Notes: generated by a model not told the origin, from the sequence alone. 64,000 nt of DNA from an uncultured Chloroflexia bacterium (GCA_963707215.1 CAVPPB010000003.1:160001-224000), one strand, 5' to 3'. Positions 10,690 through 20,391 are shown, numbered from the stretch's first letter. A program made the numbers and translations.

Positions 10690-11531
10690 CGGGGCAGCAG
10701 CTCGACCTTCTCGCGGAGCAGGTCCCAGAAGGGCAGGGCCCCTTCCGGCTCGAGCAGCCGGATGGGCCGCTCGAGCGCCCGGACCTCGACCACGTCGCCG
10801 ACCTCCAGGCTCCGGTCCTGCCAGCCATCGACCGACACGAGGGCCTCATGGGCAGCGACGACGAGGCAGCGGACGACCTGGTCGGGGCTCACGACCACCG
10901 CCCGCAGCGTCGAGAGGTAGGCCGCGATCGGGGTCACGATCAGATTCCGGCTCAGCGGGTCGAGGATCGGGCCGCCGGCCGAGAACGAGTAGCCGGTCGA
11001 TCCCGTCGGCGAGGAGACGACCAGGCCGTCGGCGATGAAGGCGGCCAGGTGGCTCTGGTCGATGGCGACCTCCAGATGGCAGACACGGGCCAGCGAGCCC
11101 CGGGCCACCACGACGTCGTTGAGGGCGACCGTCGGCGGCGTTCCGTCGGGTCGGCCTCCGGGCAGGACGGACGCCTGGAGGAGCATCCGCTCCTCGACCC
11201 GATAGCGACCCTCGTGGAGATGCTCGAAGATCGGCTCCAGGCGATGCCCCTCGGCCTTGGACAGGAAGCCGACCTTGCCGAGGTTGACGCCCAGGATCGG
11301 GACGTCCACGGCCGCGACCGAGGTGGCCGCCCGCAGGAACGTCCCGTCGCCGCCGAGGACCACGAGGACGTCGGAGCCGGGCAGCGCCTCGACGAGGGCC
11401 GGCGTCTCGACCGCCGGCGCCCACCACGTTTCGATCGCGTGCGCCTCGCACCAGGCGGTCGCCCTGCCGAGGAGCTCCAGAGCCGCTGGCTTCGTGGGAT
11501 TGACGGCGAACCCGATCCGACTGAGGGTCAT
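10686..11531 (-). CDS. nadK: NAD kinase
   Basis: LGGDGTFL, LNDVV, DGLVVSSPTGSTGYSFSAGGP. Confidence 0.95.
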   Translation of the reverse strand: MTLSRIGFAVNPTKPAALELLGRATAWCEAHAIETWWAPAVETPALVEALPGSDVLVVLGGDGTFLRAATSVAAVDVPILGVNLGKVGFLSKAEGHRLEPIFEHLHEGRYRVEERMLLQASVLPGGRPDGTPPTVALNDVVVARGSLARVCHLEVAIDQSHLAAFIADGLVVSSPTGSTGYSFSAGGPILDPLSRNLIVTPIAAYLSTLRAVVVSPDQVVRCLVVAAHEALVSVDGWQDRSLEVGDVVEVRALERPIRLLEPEGALPFWDLLREKVELLPR

Positions 11532-12331
11532 CCGGCCGTGGCCTCCATGATCCGCGCTCCGATCATGTCGTCCGATGGGCCCGGCAGGAAGTGCACCAGG
11601 AACTCGCGGTTCCCCTCGGGGCCCCGGATGGGAGAGGCGATGACACCCCTCGCGCCGAGACCTTGATCGGCGGCCCGTTCGATGACCCGTTCGACCACGG
11701 CCCGATGGACCGCCGGGTCGCGGACCACGCCCTTGCGGACGAGCTCCCGGCCGGCCTCGAACTGGGGCTTCACGAGAGCCACGATCGAGCCATCCCCGGC
11801 CAGGCACGAGGCCACCGGACCGAGCACCAGGTCGAGCGAGATGAAGGCGACGTCGATCACGGCCAGCCCGATCTGCTCGGGGAGCCGCCCGGGCGACAGG
11901 CCCCGGGCATTCGTCCGATCCATCACCACGACCCTGGGGTCGTGGGCGAGTCGCTCGGCCATCTGTCCCCTGCCCACGTCGACAGCGTAGACACGGGATG
12001 CCCCCCGCTGCAACAGGACGTCGGTGAAGCCACCGGTCGAGGCCCCGACGTCCAGGCAGACCAGGCCGCGAGGATCGACCGCGAACGCGTCGAGGGCAGC
12101 GGCCAGCTTGTAGCCCCCACGACTGACGTACGGCTCCGGCTGGACCACCTCGAGCTGGACCGCCGGATCCACAAGGTCGCCGGGCTTGCGATCGATCCGG
12201 CCGGCGTCGCCCATGCCGACTCGCACCTTGCCGGCAAGCAGCAGCGCCTGGGCTCGGGCCCGCGTATCGACGAGGCCGCGCTCAACGAGGAGCTGGTCGA
12301 GGCGAATCCGGCGGGCCGAACCGGCCGCCAC
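11528..12331 (-). CDS. tlyA: TlyA family rRNA 2'-O-methyltransferase
   Basis: RLDQLLV, YVSRGGYKL, DVGASTGGFTD, VKPQFEAG. Confidence 0.95.
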   Translation of the reverse strand: MAAGSARRIRLDQLLVERGLVDTRARAQALLLAGKVRVGMGDAGRIDRKPGDLVDPAVQLEVVQPEPYVSRGGYKLAAALDAFAVDPRGLVCLDVGASTGGFTDVLLQRGASRVYAVDVGRGQMAERLAHDPRVVVMDRTNARGLSPGRLPEQIGLAVIDVAFISLDLVLGPVASCLAGDGSIVALVKPQFEAGRELVRKGVVRDPAVHRAVVERVIERAADQGLGARGVIASPIRGPEGNREFLVHFLPGPSDDMIGARIMEATAG

Positions 12332-12357
12332 GGGGGTCGGGGCGCCGCGCGACCGGC

Positions 12358-14442
12358 TCAGGCCGTCACGCGCTCGGGCCGCCCCGGCGAGGCCTCGAGC
12401 GTCCGCAGTGCCTCGCGGACCTGGGCCTCGATGCCGTCCTCGTCGAGGCGGATGAGACGACGCAGGTCCCCGACGGATCCGTGATCCACGAAGCGGTCGG
12501 CCGGGATCCCGATGGGAATGACCCGGATCTCCCGGTAGGCCGCATCGGCCAGCCGTGCCTCTTCGAGGATCTCGAGGACGGCGCCGCCGAACCCGCCGGT
12601 CACCACGCTCTCCTCGAGCGTCACCACGAGGCGCTTTCCCCGCGCCTCGTCGAGGACGAGCTGACGGTCGACGGGCTTGGCGAACCGGGCGTTGATCACG
12701 CCGACCGACCAGCCATCGGCCTCGAGTCGGCCGGCGACCGCCATTCCGCGAGCGACGATCGGGCCGAAGCCCACGAGCAGGACGTCGTCGCCCTGGCGGA
12801 GGACCTCACCGCGGCCCACGGGCAGCACCTCGGGCTCCCGCTCGGGGACCCCGAACCCCGCATCGCGGGGGTAGTGCAGGGCGAAGGGATGATCCTGCGC
12901 GAGGGCCGTCCGGACCAGTGAGCGGAGCTCCTGCTCGTCCTTCGGGCTGGCGATGACCAGGTACGGCAGCTGGCGCTGGGCCGGCAGCATGAACATGCCC
13001 TGGTGGCTGGTACCGTCCTCTCCCACCAGGCCGGCCCGATCGACGCCGAAGAGGACCGGCATGTCGTTCTGGCAGGCGTCGTGGACGATCTGGTCGAAGG
13101 CTCGCTGAAGGAACGTGGAGTAGATCGCGACGGCCGGCCGGAGCCCGCCCATCGCGATGCCGGTCGCGAGGGCGACGGCATGCTGCTCGGCGATGCCGAC
13201 GTCGATGAAGCGATCCGGGAACTCGGCCCCGAACCTGGCCAGCCCGGTGCCCGTCGGCATCCCCGCGGTGATCGCCACGATCCGTCGGTCGTCGCGAGCG
13301 AGGTCCACGAGCTCGTTGGCGAAGAACTGGGTGTAGTTCGGGGCCTTTGCCGGCTGCTCGGCGGCAGCCTCCGGCGCGACCGCGTCGTCGCCGACGGCCT
13401 CGACCGGCATCGCGGCAAGGTGGTCGTCCTCGGTGGGGCCTTCAGGGCCCTTGCCGTCGGACCTGCCCGACTCCGTGGGGTCGGCCCGATGCCCATCGTC
13501 GGCGTCGGCCACGGGACCCAGCGAGATCGGCGGGAGGGCCGCACCGTGGAAGCTCACCTGGTCGAGCTCGGCCGGATGGTAGCCCTTGCCCTTCTGGGTG
13601 CGGACGTGGACGATCGCCGGTCCCTTGAGGTCGAGGGCCGACCGGAAGTTGTGGACGAGCGCCCGGAGATCGTGGCCGTCGACCACGCCGATGTAGGTGA
13701 TCCCGAGGTCCTCGAAGAGGGTCCCCGGCTGGGCGAAGCTGACGACCGACTTGCGGAACAGGCGCGACAGCTCGACCGCTGTACCTCCGACGAGAGGGAC
13801 CTTCCCGAGCCCGCGGTCGTACGCCGACTTGGTCTGCTGCCAGGCCGGCGACAGCTTGATCTCGGAGAGGTAGTGGCTGAGGGCTCCGACGGTGGGGCTG
13901 ATCGACATCTCGTTGTCGTTCAGGACGATCAGGAGCTGGGTCCGCCGCTGGCCGATGTCGTTGAGCGCCTCCAGCGACAGGCCGCTCATCAGGGCCGCGT
14001 CGCCGACGACGACCGCGATCCGCTCCAGGCCATGCCGGACGTCGCGAGCCGTCGCCAGGCCCTGGGCGATCGACAGGCCCGTGCCGGCGTGCCCGCCATC
14101 GAAGACGTCATGCTCGGACTCGGACCGACGGGGGAACCCACCCATGCCCCCGATCTGGCGCAGGGTCCCGAACCGATCCAGGCGACCCGTGAGGAGCTTG
14201 TGGGCGTAGGCCTGGTGGCCCGTGTCCCAGACGATCCGGTCGTAGGGTGACTCGAGCAGTCGGTGGAGGGCCAGGGTGACCTCGACGACGCCGAGGGACG
14301 ACCCGAGATGGCCGCCGGTCTTGGCGACGGTCCCGACGATCGTCTCGCGGATCTCCTCGGCGAGCTCGGCCAGCTGCTCCTCGGTCAGCCCCCGCAGGTC
14401 GTTCGGGCCCTGGAGGGTCGGCAGGATCGGCACTCGGGACAC
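12358..14442 (-). CDS. dxs: 1-deoxy-D-xylulose-5-phosphate synthase
   Basis: GGHLGSSLGVVE, WDTGHQAYAHK, DVGIAEQHAV, DRAGLVGEDG. Confidence 0.97.
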   Translation of the reverse strand: MSRVPILPTLQGPNDLRGLTEEQLAELAEEIRETIVGTVAKTGGHLGSSLGVVEVTLALHRLLESPYDRIVWDTGHQAYAHKLLTGRLDRFGTLRQIGGMGGFPRRSESEHDVFDGGHAGTGLSIAQGLATARDVRHGLERIAVVVGDAALMSGLSLEALNDIGQRRTQLLIVLNDNEMSISPTVGALSHYLSEIKLSPAWQQTKSAYDRGLGKVPLVGGTAVELSRLFRKSVVSFAQPGTLFEDLGITYIGVVDGHDLRALVHNFRSALDLKGPAIVHVRTQKGKGYHPAELDQVSFHGAALPPISLGPVADADDGHRADPTESGRSDGKGPEGPTEDDHLAAMPVEAVGDDAVAPEAAAEQPAKAPNYTQFFANELVDLARDDRRIVAITAGMPTGTGLARFGAEFPDRFIDVGIAEQHAVALATGIAMGGLRPAVAIYSTFLQRAFDQIVHDACQNDMPVLFGVDRAGLVGEDGTSHQGMFMLPAQRQLPYLVIASPKDEQELRSLVRTALAQDHPFALHYPRDAGFGVPEREPEVLPVGRGEVLRQGDDVLLVGFGPIVARGMAVAGRLEADGWSVGVINARFAKPVDRQLVLDEARGKRLVVTLEESVVTGGFGGAVLEILEEARLADAAYREIRVIPIGIPADRFVDHGSVGDLRRLIRLDEDGIEAQVREALRTLEASPGRPERVTA

Positions 14443-14540
14443 CCTCCTGTTCGACGTTGCGACGGGATCAGGCCCGCCCCCGCGGCGCGGGGCACGACCA
14501 TCATGGTTCCGTTCGGGCGACGCGGTCCGGCGGATCGTTC

Positions 14541-14564
14541 GTCCGGCGAGTCTACTCGCCGGAC
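14541..14564. promoter_or_regulatory. Near-perfect palindrome upstream of dxs with a minus-strand TAGACT (-10-like) hexamer at its centre
   Basis: GTCCGGCGAGT-CT-ACTCGCCGGAC; 11-bp inverted arms. Confidence 0.45.
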
Positions 14565-14625
14565 CAGTGCATGTCAGGCGACACTGCGGATCCGCCGAGG
14601 TCCTCGCGATCCCGACGCGAGGCGC

Positions 14626-14910
14626 TCAGCGGCCTGGCGTCGGGTCGTCGGTGGAGTCCTGGTGGGTGACCGCTTCCAGCTGGCCTCCGCTCCGTTCCAC
14701 GAGCCGCCGGATCCGTGCGTCGGCATCGTCGAGGAGCCGCTCGAGCCGGCCCTGGAGGGCGACGCCACGCTCGTAGGCCGCCAGGGCCTCTTCCAGCGTC
14801 TGGCCTCCCGCCTCCAGCTCGACGACGACCCGCTGCAGCTCGTCCAGGGCCGCGTCGAACCCCAAGGTGTCGATCGGCGGCCCATCCTCGGTCCGGCGCT
14901 CGCTGGTCAC
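14626..14910 (-). CDS. xseB: Exodeoxyribonuclease VII small subunit
   Basis: FDAALDELQRVVVELE...LEEALAAYERGV. Confidence 0.92.
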   Translation of the reverse strand: MTSERRTEDGPPIDTLGFDAALDELQRVVVELEAGGQTLEEALAAYERGVALQGRLERLLDDADARIRRLVERSGGQLEAVTHQDSTDDPTPGR

Positions 14911-15110
14911 TCGCTCCTCTCCCGCGGCATCGGCCGCGCTCCGCTGCCCGCGTCCGCGCCCGTTCGCTCGGGACCGTCCGGCCTGTCGGGGTCATCCTCG
15001 TCCTCCCGGACCATCGCCCGGTCCAGCGGTCGTGCGATGAGGATACCGGCCCCGATCCCGGCCACGCCCACCACGGCGGCGATCGCCACCAGGACGAGCA
15101 CGTCGGTCAT
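14907..15110 (-). CDS. Small single-TM hypothetical protein
   Basis: ORF overlaps both xseA and xseB by 4 nt; hydrophobic N-terminus. Confidence 0.6.
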   Translation of the reverse strand: MTDVLVLVAIAAVVGVAGIGAGILIARPLDRAMVREDEDDPDRPDGPERTGADAGSGARPMPRERSE

Positions 15111-16609
15111 GGCGCGCCGCCCTCCCGGTGGGCCTCTCGTCGGGCCGGGAACGAGCCTCCGGCCACCCTGACGTCCAGGGCCCCTCCCGGTGGCACGTCG
15201 TTCGGATGGCGGACGACCAGCCCATCGTCCGCGCGTCGGACCACGGCGTAACCGCGCGCGAGGGTCGCCTGCGGTCCGAGGGCGGCCAGGCCGGCCGCTG
15301 CGGCGGCGACCGCCGATCTCCTGGCGGCCAGTCGAGCTGGCAGGAGTGGTGCCAGCCGAAGCGCTGAACGGTCCAGCGTCGACCGATCACGGGCGACCCG
15401 TCCCAGGAGGGCGCGCGAGGCCCGATCGAGGAGATGGCCCACACGCTCGCGATCGGCAGTGAGTGCGGCGCGTGGATCGAGACGCTCGAGGGCCCGCTGC
15501 TCGGCGACCAGTGCGGCGCTCGCCGCCGTCATCCGCCTGGCCACCGCGCTGTCGAGCCGTCGACCCGTCGTCCGGATGCCTCCCAGGACCTCGAGTCGGT
15601 CCGGAACGACGAGCTCGGCAGCGGCCGAAGGCGTTGGGGCCCGGACATCGGCTGCCAGGTCGGCGAGCGTCACGTCGACCTCGTGGCCGACGCCGGTCAC
15701 GACCGGGATCGGGCTACGGACGATCGCCCGGACGACCGCTTCGTCGTTGAACGACCAGAGATCCTCCAGCGAGCCGCCTCCTCGGGCCAGGATGGCCACC
15801 TCGGGGGCGCTCTCCCCCGTCGCCCGTGCCTGGTCGACGAATCGCGCCAGCCGGTCGAGGGCCCCGGCCACGCTGGCGGCCGACCCGTCCCCCTGGACCT
15901 GGCACGGGAGAAGGAGCAGCTGGGCGACTGGCCAACGCCGACGGAGGACCGTCCGGATGTCGTGCCAGACCGCGCCGCTCGGGCTGGTCACGACCGCGAT
16001 GATCGTCGGGCGCCGCGGCACGGCCCGCTTGCGCTCGGTGGCGAAGAGCCCCTCCGCCGCCAGGCGAGCCTTGACCTCTTCGAGGCGGATAGCCAGGTCG
16101 CCGACGCCGGCGGGCTGGAGGGCCTCGACGTAGAGCTGGAGCGCACCCGTCGCCTCGTAGAGGTCGATCCGGCCGTTGGCCACGACGTGCACGCCGGTCC
16201 TGGCCTCGAACGGCGAGGCCAGGCGAGCGTCGCGGAACCAGACGCACTGGAGCTGGTTGCGCTCGTCCTTGAGCGAGAAGTAGGCGTGTCCGGCCGACGA
16301 GATCGTGACGCGGCCCACCTCGCCCTCGACCCAGACGTCACGCAGGCGCTCGTCGGCCGCGACGACCCCACGGATCGTCCGGGTCGCCTCGCTGACGCTC
16401 ATGATCCGCAGCCCGACGATCCCTCGCGGCGCCGTGGCCCGTCGGGCCGCGGGCCCGAGCCCGCTCGACCCGACATCGGGAAGGCGCGGCGCCGGGACAG
16501 CCGGGTCGACGGCGCTTCTGCGGACCTCGTCCGCCTCGTCGTGGCGGACGTCGTCTGCCACATCGTCCCAGGCCGGCAGGGCCCAGTCCGGCGGGTCTCG
16601 GCGGTCCAT
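15107..16609 (-). CDS. xseA: Exodeoxyribonuclease VII large subunit
   Basis: VWVEGEV, GHAYFSLKD, ARGGGSLEDLWSFNDE, GVGHEVD, APTPSAAAE. Confidence 0.96.
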   Translation of the reverse strand: MDRRDPPDWALPAWDDVADDVRHDEADEVRRSAVDPAVPAPRLPDVGSSGLGPAARRATAPRGIVGLRIMSVSEATRTIRGVVAADERLRDVWVEGEVGRVTISSAGHAYFSLKDERNQLQCVWFRDARLASPFEARTGVHVVANGRIDLYEATGALQLYVEALQPAGVGDLAIRLEEVKARLAAEGLFATERKRAVPRRPTIIAVVTSPSGAVWHDIRTVLRRRWPVAQLLLLPCQVQGDGSAASVAGALDRLARFVDQARATGESAPEVAILARGGGSLEDLWSFNDEAVVRAIVRSPIPVVTGVGHEVDVTLADLAADVRAPTPSAAAELVVPDRLEVLGGIRTTGRRLDSAVARRMTAASAALVAEQRALERLDPRAALTADRERVGHLLDRASRALLGRVARDRSTLDRSALRLAPLLPARLAARRSAVAAAAAGLAALGPQATLARGYAVVRRADDGLVVRHPNDVPPGGALDVRVAGGSFPARREAHREGGAP

Positions 16610-16623
16610 GGGAACGACCGGGA

Positions 16624-17181
16624 TCAGACCCGGGTCAGGTACTCGCCGGTGCGGGTGTCGACGCGGATCGTGTCGCCCTCGGTCACGAAGAGCGGGACCG
16701 AGACCACCAGGCCTGTCTCGGTCGCGGCCGGCTTCCGGGCGCCCTGGGCCGTGTCGCCGGCGAATCCGGGCTCGGTCTCGACGACCGTGAGGTCGACGGT
16801 GATCGGAAGCTCGACGCCGAGCGTTTCGCCCTGGTACTGGGTCCGGTCGAGGGTCATGCCGTCCTTGAGGTATCGGACGGCCTCGTCGAGCTGGTCGGCC
16901 CGCAGGATGAACTGGTCGTAGGTATCCGTGTCCATGAAGTGGAAGTCGTCGCCGTCGCGGTACAGGAACTGGATCGGGCGGGTCTCCAGCTGGGCGCGCG
17001 GCCAGCGGTCGCCGGCCTGGAACGATCGCTCGACGGTCGAGCCCTTCTTGACGTTCCGGAGCTTGATCCGGACCTGGGCCGAGCCGCGACCCATCTTGAT
17101 GTGGTGGTAGTCGAGGATCTGCCAGAGGTCGCCATCCAGTTCGATGACGACGCCCTTGCGCAGCTCGCCGGTGGAGATCAT
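16624..17181 (-). CDS. efp: Elongation factor P
   Basis: MISTGELRKG, GDTAQGARKPAATETGL, IRVDTRTGEYL. Confidence 0.96.
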   Translation of the reverse strand: MISTGELRKGVVIELDGDLWQILDYHHIKMGRGSAQVRIKLRNVKKGSTVERSFQAGDRWPRAQLETRPIQFLYRDGDDFHFMDTDTYDQFILRADQLDEAVRYLKDGMTLDRTQYQGETLGVELPITVDLTVVETEPGFAGDTAQGARKPAATETGLVVSVPLFVTEGDTIRVDTRTGEYLTRV

Positions 17182-17234
17182 CGGTCGGTCAGCTCCTGGG
17201 GATGGGGTTCGAAGCGGGCCCGGCGGGCCGGCGC

Positions 17235-18899
17235 TCAGGGATGGTAGAAGTCGATCACGATCCGGAGGTTGCCCCCGGAGCTCCAGATCCCCACGCCGGC
17301 GCGGTCGAAAGCGGGGTTCATCATGTTCCGCCAGTGGCCGCCGTTGTAGCCCTTCTCCGATTGGAAGAAGCGGACCAGGTTGATGGCAGCGCGCGACAGG
17401 TTGCTGTAGTACCGGCAACCGAGGTTCTCGGCCCAGCGGTAGCTCGTGTACCCCGCCGCGCGGAGTCGGTCGTCGGGGCCGCCGCCGTAGAAGTGGCTGC
17501 AGACGCCCGCGCTGACCAGCTTCTTGGCGTACGGCCGCGCGACCCGGTCGCTGATGCCGGTGTCGTACTTCAGCGGTCCGGCGGACCCGCCGCCGGGGCT
17601 GGAGCAGCTGCCATCGGTCTCGACCCAGCCACCGCCCCGGGTGCAGTTCATGAGGGCGATCACGTACTTCTCGGCAGCGACCAACGAGCCGGACGGGGGC
17701 TTCGGGACCGGGGCCGGATCCGACGGCGGGCGGGTCGTCGCCCGCGGCGTCGCCCGCGGCGTCGCCTTCGGCGCCGGCGTGGGTGGCGGAGGTGGCTCGG
17801 GCTCGACGCTGAAGGTGGCGCTCGCGCTCGCGCTGATCGGTGCTCCCGTCGCGGATCGGGCTCCGGTCCCCACCTGGAGGACGACCGTCGCCCCGTACGG
17901 GAACGGCTCGGCCGGGTCCACGACCAGGACGGTGTCGTCCTCGGCCCAGCGTGGCTTGCCCTCGAGCGGCTTCCCGTCGATGGTCACGGTGAAGGCCCGG
18001 CGCGTCGTAGCCCGATCCATCGGCGCGGTGAAGCGGACCGACACCTCGGCATCCCGCTCGACCTTCTCGGTCTTGTCCTTCGGCCGGAAGCGGATCACCG
18101 ACGGGGCGCTCTCGGTCTGGAGCGCCATCGACCCCGACGGATCCAGAGGGGCGCCTTCCATGTCGGTAGCCCCAGCGTCGAGCGAGAGCAGGTAGACCGA
18201 ATCGGGTGCCAGGGTCGTGTCGGGCCGGAAGACGAGCCGGGTCACCGGGACGCCGGGCGCCACCGCTTCGAATGATCCGGCGACCGGCGGAACGACGTGG
18301 AAGGAGGCCATCACCGATGGCACGTCGACGGGCCGCTCGAAGTCGAGCACGAACGCCGAGTCCACCCTTACCCGCTCGCCGGCGGTCAGCTCCGGCAGGA
18401 ACGCCATCGCTGTCCGATCGCGGGTCAGGAAGCTGGTCCGAACCGCCGTCGCCAACGGCGCACCGTCGGCGTCACGGGCGGTCGGCCGGACGCTGACCGT
18501 GTAGTAGGTCGCCGGCTGCCACGCGTCCACGGGTCGGACCACGAGCTGGCTGGCATCGTCGTTCCAGGCGAGGGACACCGGTGCCGGAGGCCGGACCTCG
18601 AGGGCCGCAGCGACGCTGGCCGGGTCCATCGGCCCCGTGAACTCGATGGTCAGCGGCGAGTCGATCGCCCGCCCGACCTGGATCGCCCGGAATGCGGTCG
18701 CCGGCGGCCCGCTCGTGTCGCTGGCCGGAGTGGCGGTCGTGGGGCCCGGTCGACCGGCCGTCACGACGACGACGCTGGTCACTCCCAGGACGACGAGCAG
18801 GAGCGAGAGACGCGGGACGCCGACCCGCCGGACGACGGTCCCGAAGTAGAGGCTCAGAAGGGTCGGAACGGCGAGGAAGGCAGACGCGATCTCCCGCAA
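17235..18899 (-). CDS. Membrane-anchored protein with three Ig-like (Big_5-type) repeats, Pro/Thr linker and C-terminal CAP/SCP domain
   Basis: Repeated 'F..PMD.ASV' Ig modules; C-terminal SH..G..PDDRLRAAGY, AENLG, GHWRNMMNPAFDRAGVG. Confidence 0.8.
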   Translation of the reverse strand: MREIASAFLAVPTLLSLYFGTVVRRVGVPRLSLLLVVLGVTSVVVVTAGRPGPTTATPASDTSGPPATAFRAIQVGRAIDSPLTIEFTGPMDPASVAAALEVRPPAPVSLAWNDDASQLVVRPVDAWQPATYYTVSVRPTARDADGAPLATAVRTSFLTRDRTAMAFLPELTAGERVRVDSAFVLDFERPVDVPSVMASFHVVPPVAGSFEAVAPGVPVTRLVFRPDTTLAPDSVYLLSLDAGATDMEGAPLDPSGSMALQTESAPSVIRFRPKDKTEKVERDAEVSVRFTAPMDRATTRRAFTVTIDGKPLEGKPRWAEDDTVLVVDPAEPFPYGATVVLQVGTGARSATGAPISASASATFSVEPEPPPPPTPAPKATPRATPRATTRPPSDPAPVPKPPSGSLVAAEKYVIALMNCTRGGGWVETDGSCSSPGGGSAGPLKYDTGISDRVARPYAKKLVSAGVCSHFYGGGPDDRLRAAGYTSYRWAENLGCRYYSNLSRAAINLVRFFQSEKGYNGGHWRNMMNPAFDRAGVGIWSSGGNLRIVIDFYHP

Positions 18900-19008
18900 T
18901 CGACAGGCTCCTCGGTGTTCCTGGCTCGGACAGGGGCCGCCCTGGGGTGGCGACCGACCGGCGTCACCCTATCACCGACCTTGTCGGGGCGGCAAACGTC
19001 GTTCCCGG

Positions 19009-20235
19009 TCAGGCCGGGAGGGCGATCACGTCGCGAGGGAACCGGGTGAGCAGGTCGACGCGTCGGGCGCCGCTGTCGACGTGGACGAGGTCCTCGATCC
19101 GGACCCCCGTCCGACCGCCGAGGTAGACGCCCGGCTCGACCGAGAAGACCGTCGGGCTCGGGAGCGGGGTCTCCTGCGCCACCCGCGAGAGGCTCGGCGC
19201 CTCGTGCGTGGCCAGGCCGATCCCGTGGCCGGTCCCGTGGCCGAACCGCTGGCCGTGTCCTGCGGCCGCGATGATCTCGCGAGCGGCCGCGTCGACCGCT
19301 CGGCCCGAGGGCAGCACCCCCTCGCCGACCGACCGCTCCAGCAACCCGATGGCGGCGGCCTGGGCCCGGGCGACCAGGTCGTAGAGCCCGAGATCGCGCA
19401 CCGCGGGCTCGCCGAGGAAGAGGGTCCGAGTCATATCGCTGCGGTAGCCGGCCACCTGCGCGCCGAAGTCGAAGAGCATGACCCGACCGGACCGGAGCCG
19501 CCGAGGGCCCGGCGAGCCGTGCGGAAGGGCGGCCTGTGACCCCGCCAGCGCGGCGACGTCGAAGGCCAGGGCCTCGGCCCCCTGCTCGCGCATGAGGATC
19601 TCGAGACGCCAGGCCAGCTCGCGCTCGGTGGTTCCGACGCGGACGTGCGGCAGCAGCGCCGCCAGGGCTCGATCCGCAACGGACGCGGCAGCCGCGATCC
19701 GCTCCACCTCGGGCGCTTCCTTGACGGCCCTGGCGTCGTCCACCCAGCGGCCGGCCGGGACGAGCTCCACGTCCGGTGCGGCCGCCGCCAGCGCCTCGTA
19801 CAGCCCATGGCTGATGTCGCCGACGGGCACGGCGACCCGCCTGGCCCCGATGGTGCCGACGAGCTCCGGCCAGCTGGCCGGCAGGTCGTACGTCACGGCC
19901 TCCACGCGCGAGCCGGGCGATTCGCGACGGCACTGCAGGGTGTACCTCGTGTCGGCCAGGACGACCACCTCGTCCATCGAGACGAGGAACCGACCCGAGT
20001 GACCCGCGACCTTCTCCTCCCCGTCGCCCAGGACGACGCCGGTGAGGTAGCGGATCTCCTCGCGACGGAGCCCGAAGTAGGCGTCGACCCCGGCCTCGGC
20101 CAACTGCTCGCGCAGGCCGGCCAGCCGCCGTGGACGTGCCTCGCGGTCGGCCTCGGCCCACTGCCGGATCCGGCGAGCCGTCGGCGGGGCTGCGAAGTCG
20201 GCCGGGACGGGCAACCGCCGAGGAGCGCGGCCCAT
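19009..20235 (-). CDS. pepP: Xaa-Pro aminopeptidase (M24)
   Basis: ALPHG, FDFGA..GYRSDMTRT, HGTGHGIGLATHE, SVEPGVY, GVRIED. Confidence 0.9.
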   Translation of the reverse strand: MGRAPRRLPVPADFAAPPTARRIRQWAEADREARPRRLAGLREQLAEAGVDAYFGLRREEIRYLTGVVLGDGEEKVAGHSGRFLVSMDEVVVLADTRYTLQCRRESPGSRVEAVTYDLPASWPELVGTIGARRVAVPVGDISHGLYEALAAAAPDVELVPAGRWVDDARAVKEAPEVERIAAAASVADRALAALLPHVRVGTTERELAWRLEILMREQGAEALAFDVAALAGSQAALPHGSPGPRRLRSGRVMLFDFGAQVAGYRSDMTRTLFLGEPAVRDLGLYDLVARAQAAAIGLLERSVGEGVLPSGRAVDAAAREIIAAAGHGQRFGHGTGHGIGLATHEAPSLSRVAQETPLPSPTVFSVEPGVYLGGRTGVRIEDLVHVDSGARRVDLLTRFPRDVIALPA

Positions 20236-20238
20236 CAG

Positions 20239-20266
20239 AGGTAGCCGTACAGTTGCACGGTAAGCA
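20239..20266. repeat. Left att junction: 12-bp core plus arm ACGGTAAGCA
   Basis: Core identical to 26508-26519; arm 20257-20266 is 9/10 inverted to 26494-26503. Confidence 0.85.
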
Positions 20267-20337
20267 ACACTACCGCGACGGCTCGTGATGAAGGGTTGCC
20301 TCGATCGTGCGCACGGCGCGATGGTAGCGCGGGGGAC

Positions 20338-20371
20338 GGCCCCCGGTCGCCCGCCGCTCCGCTGGCCTGCC
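20338..20371 (+). repeat. Degenerate copy (R0) of the array repeat
   Basis: ggcccccggtcgcccgccgctccgctggcctgcc resembles the consensus. Confidence 0.5.
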
Positions 20372-20391
20372 GGAGCCGGGCAGGATGGGGG

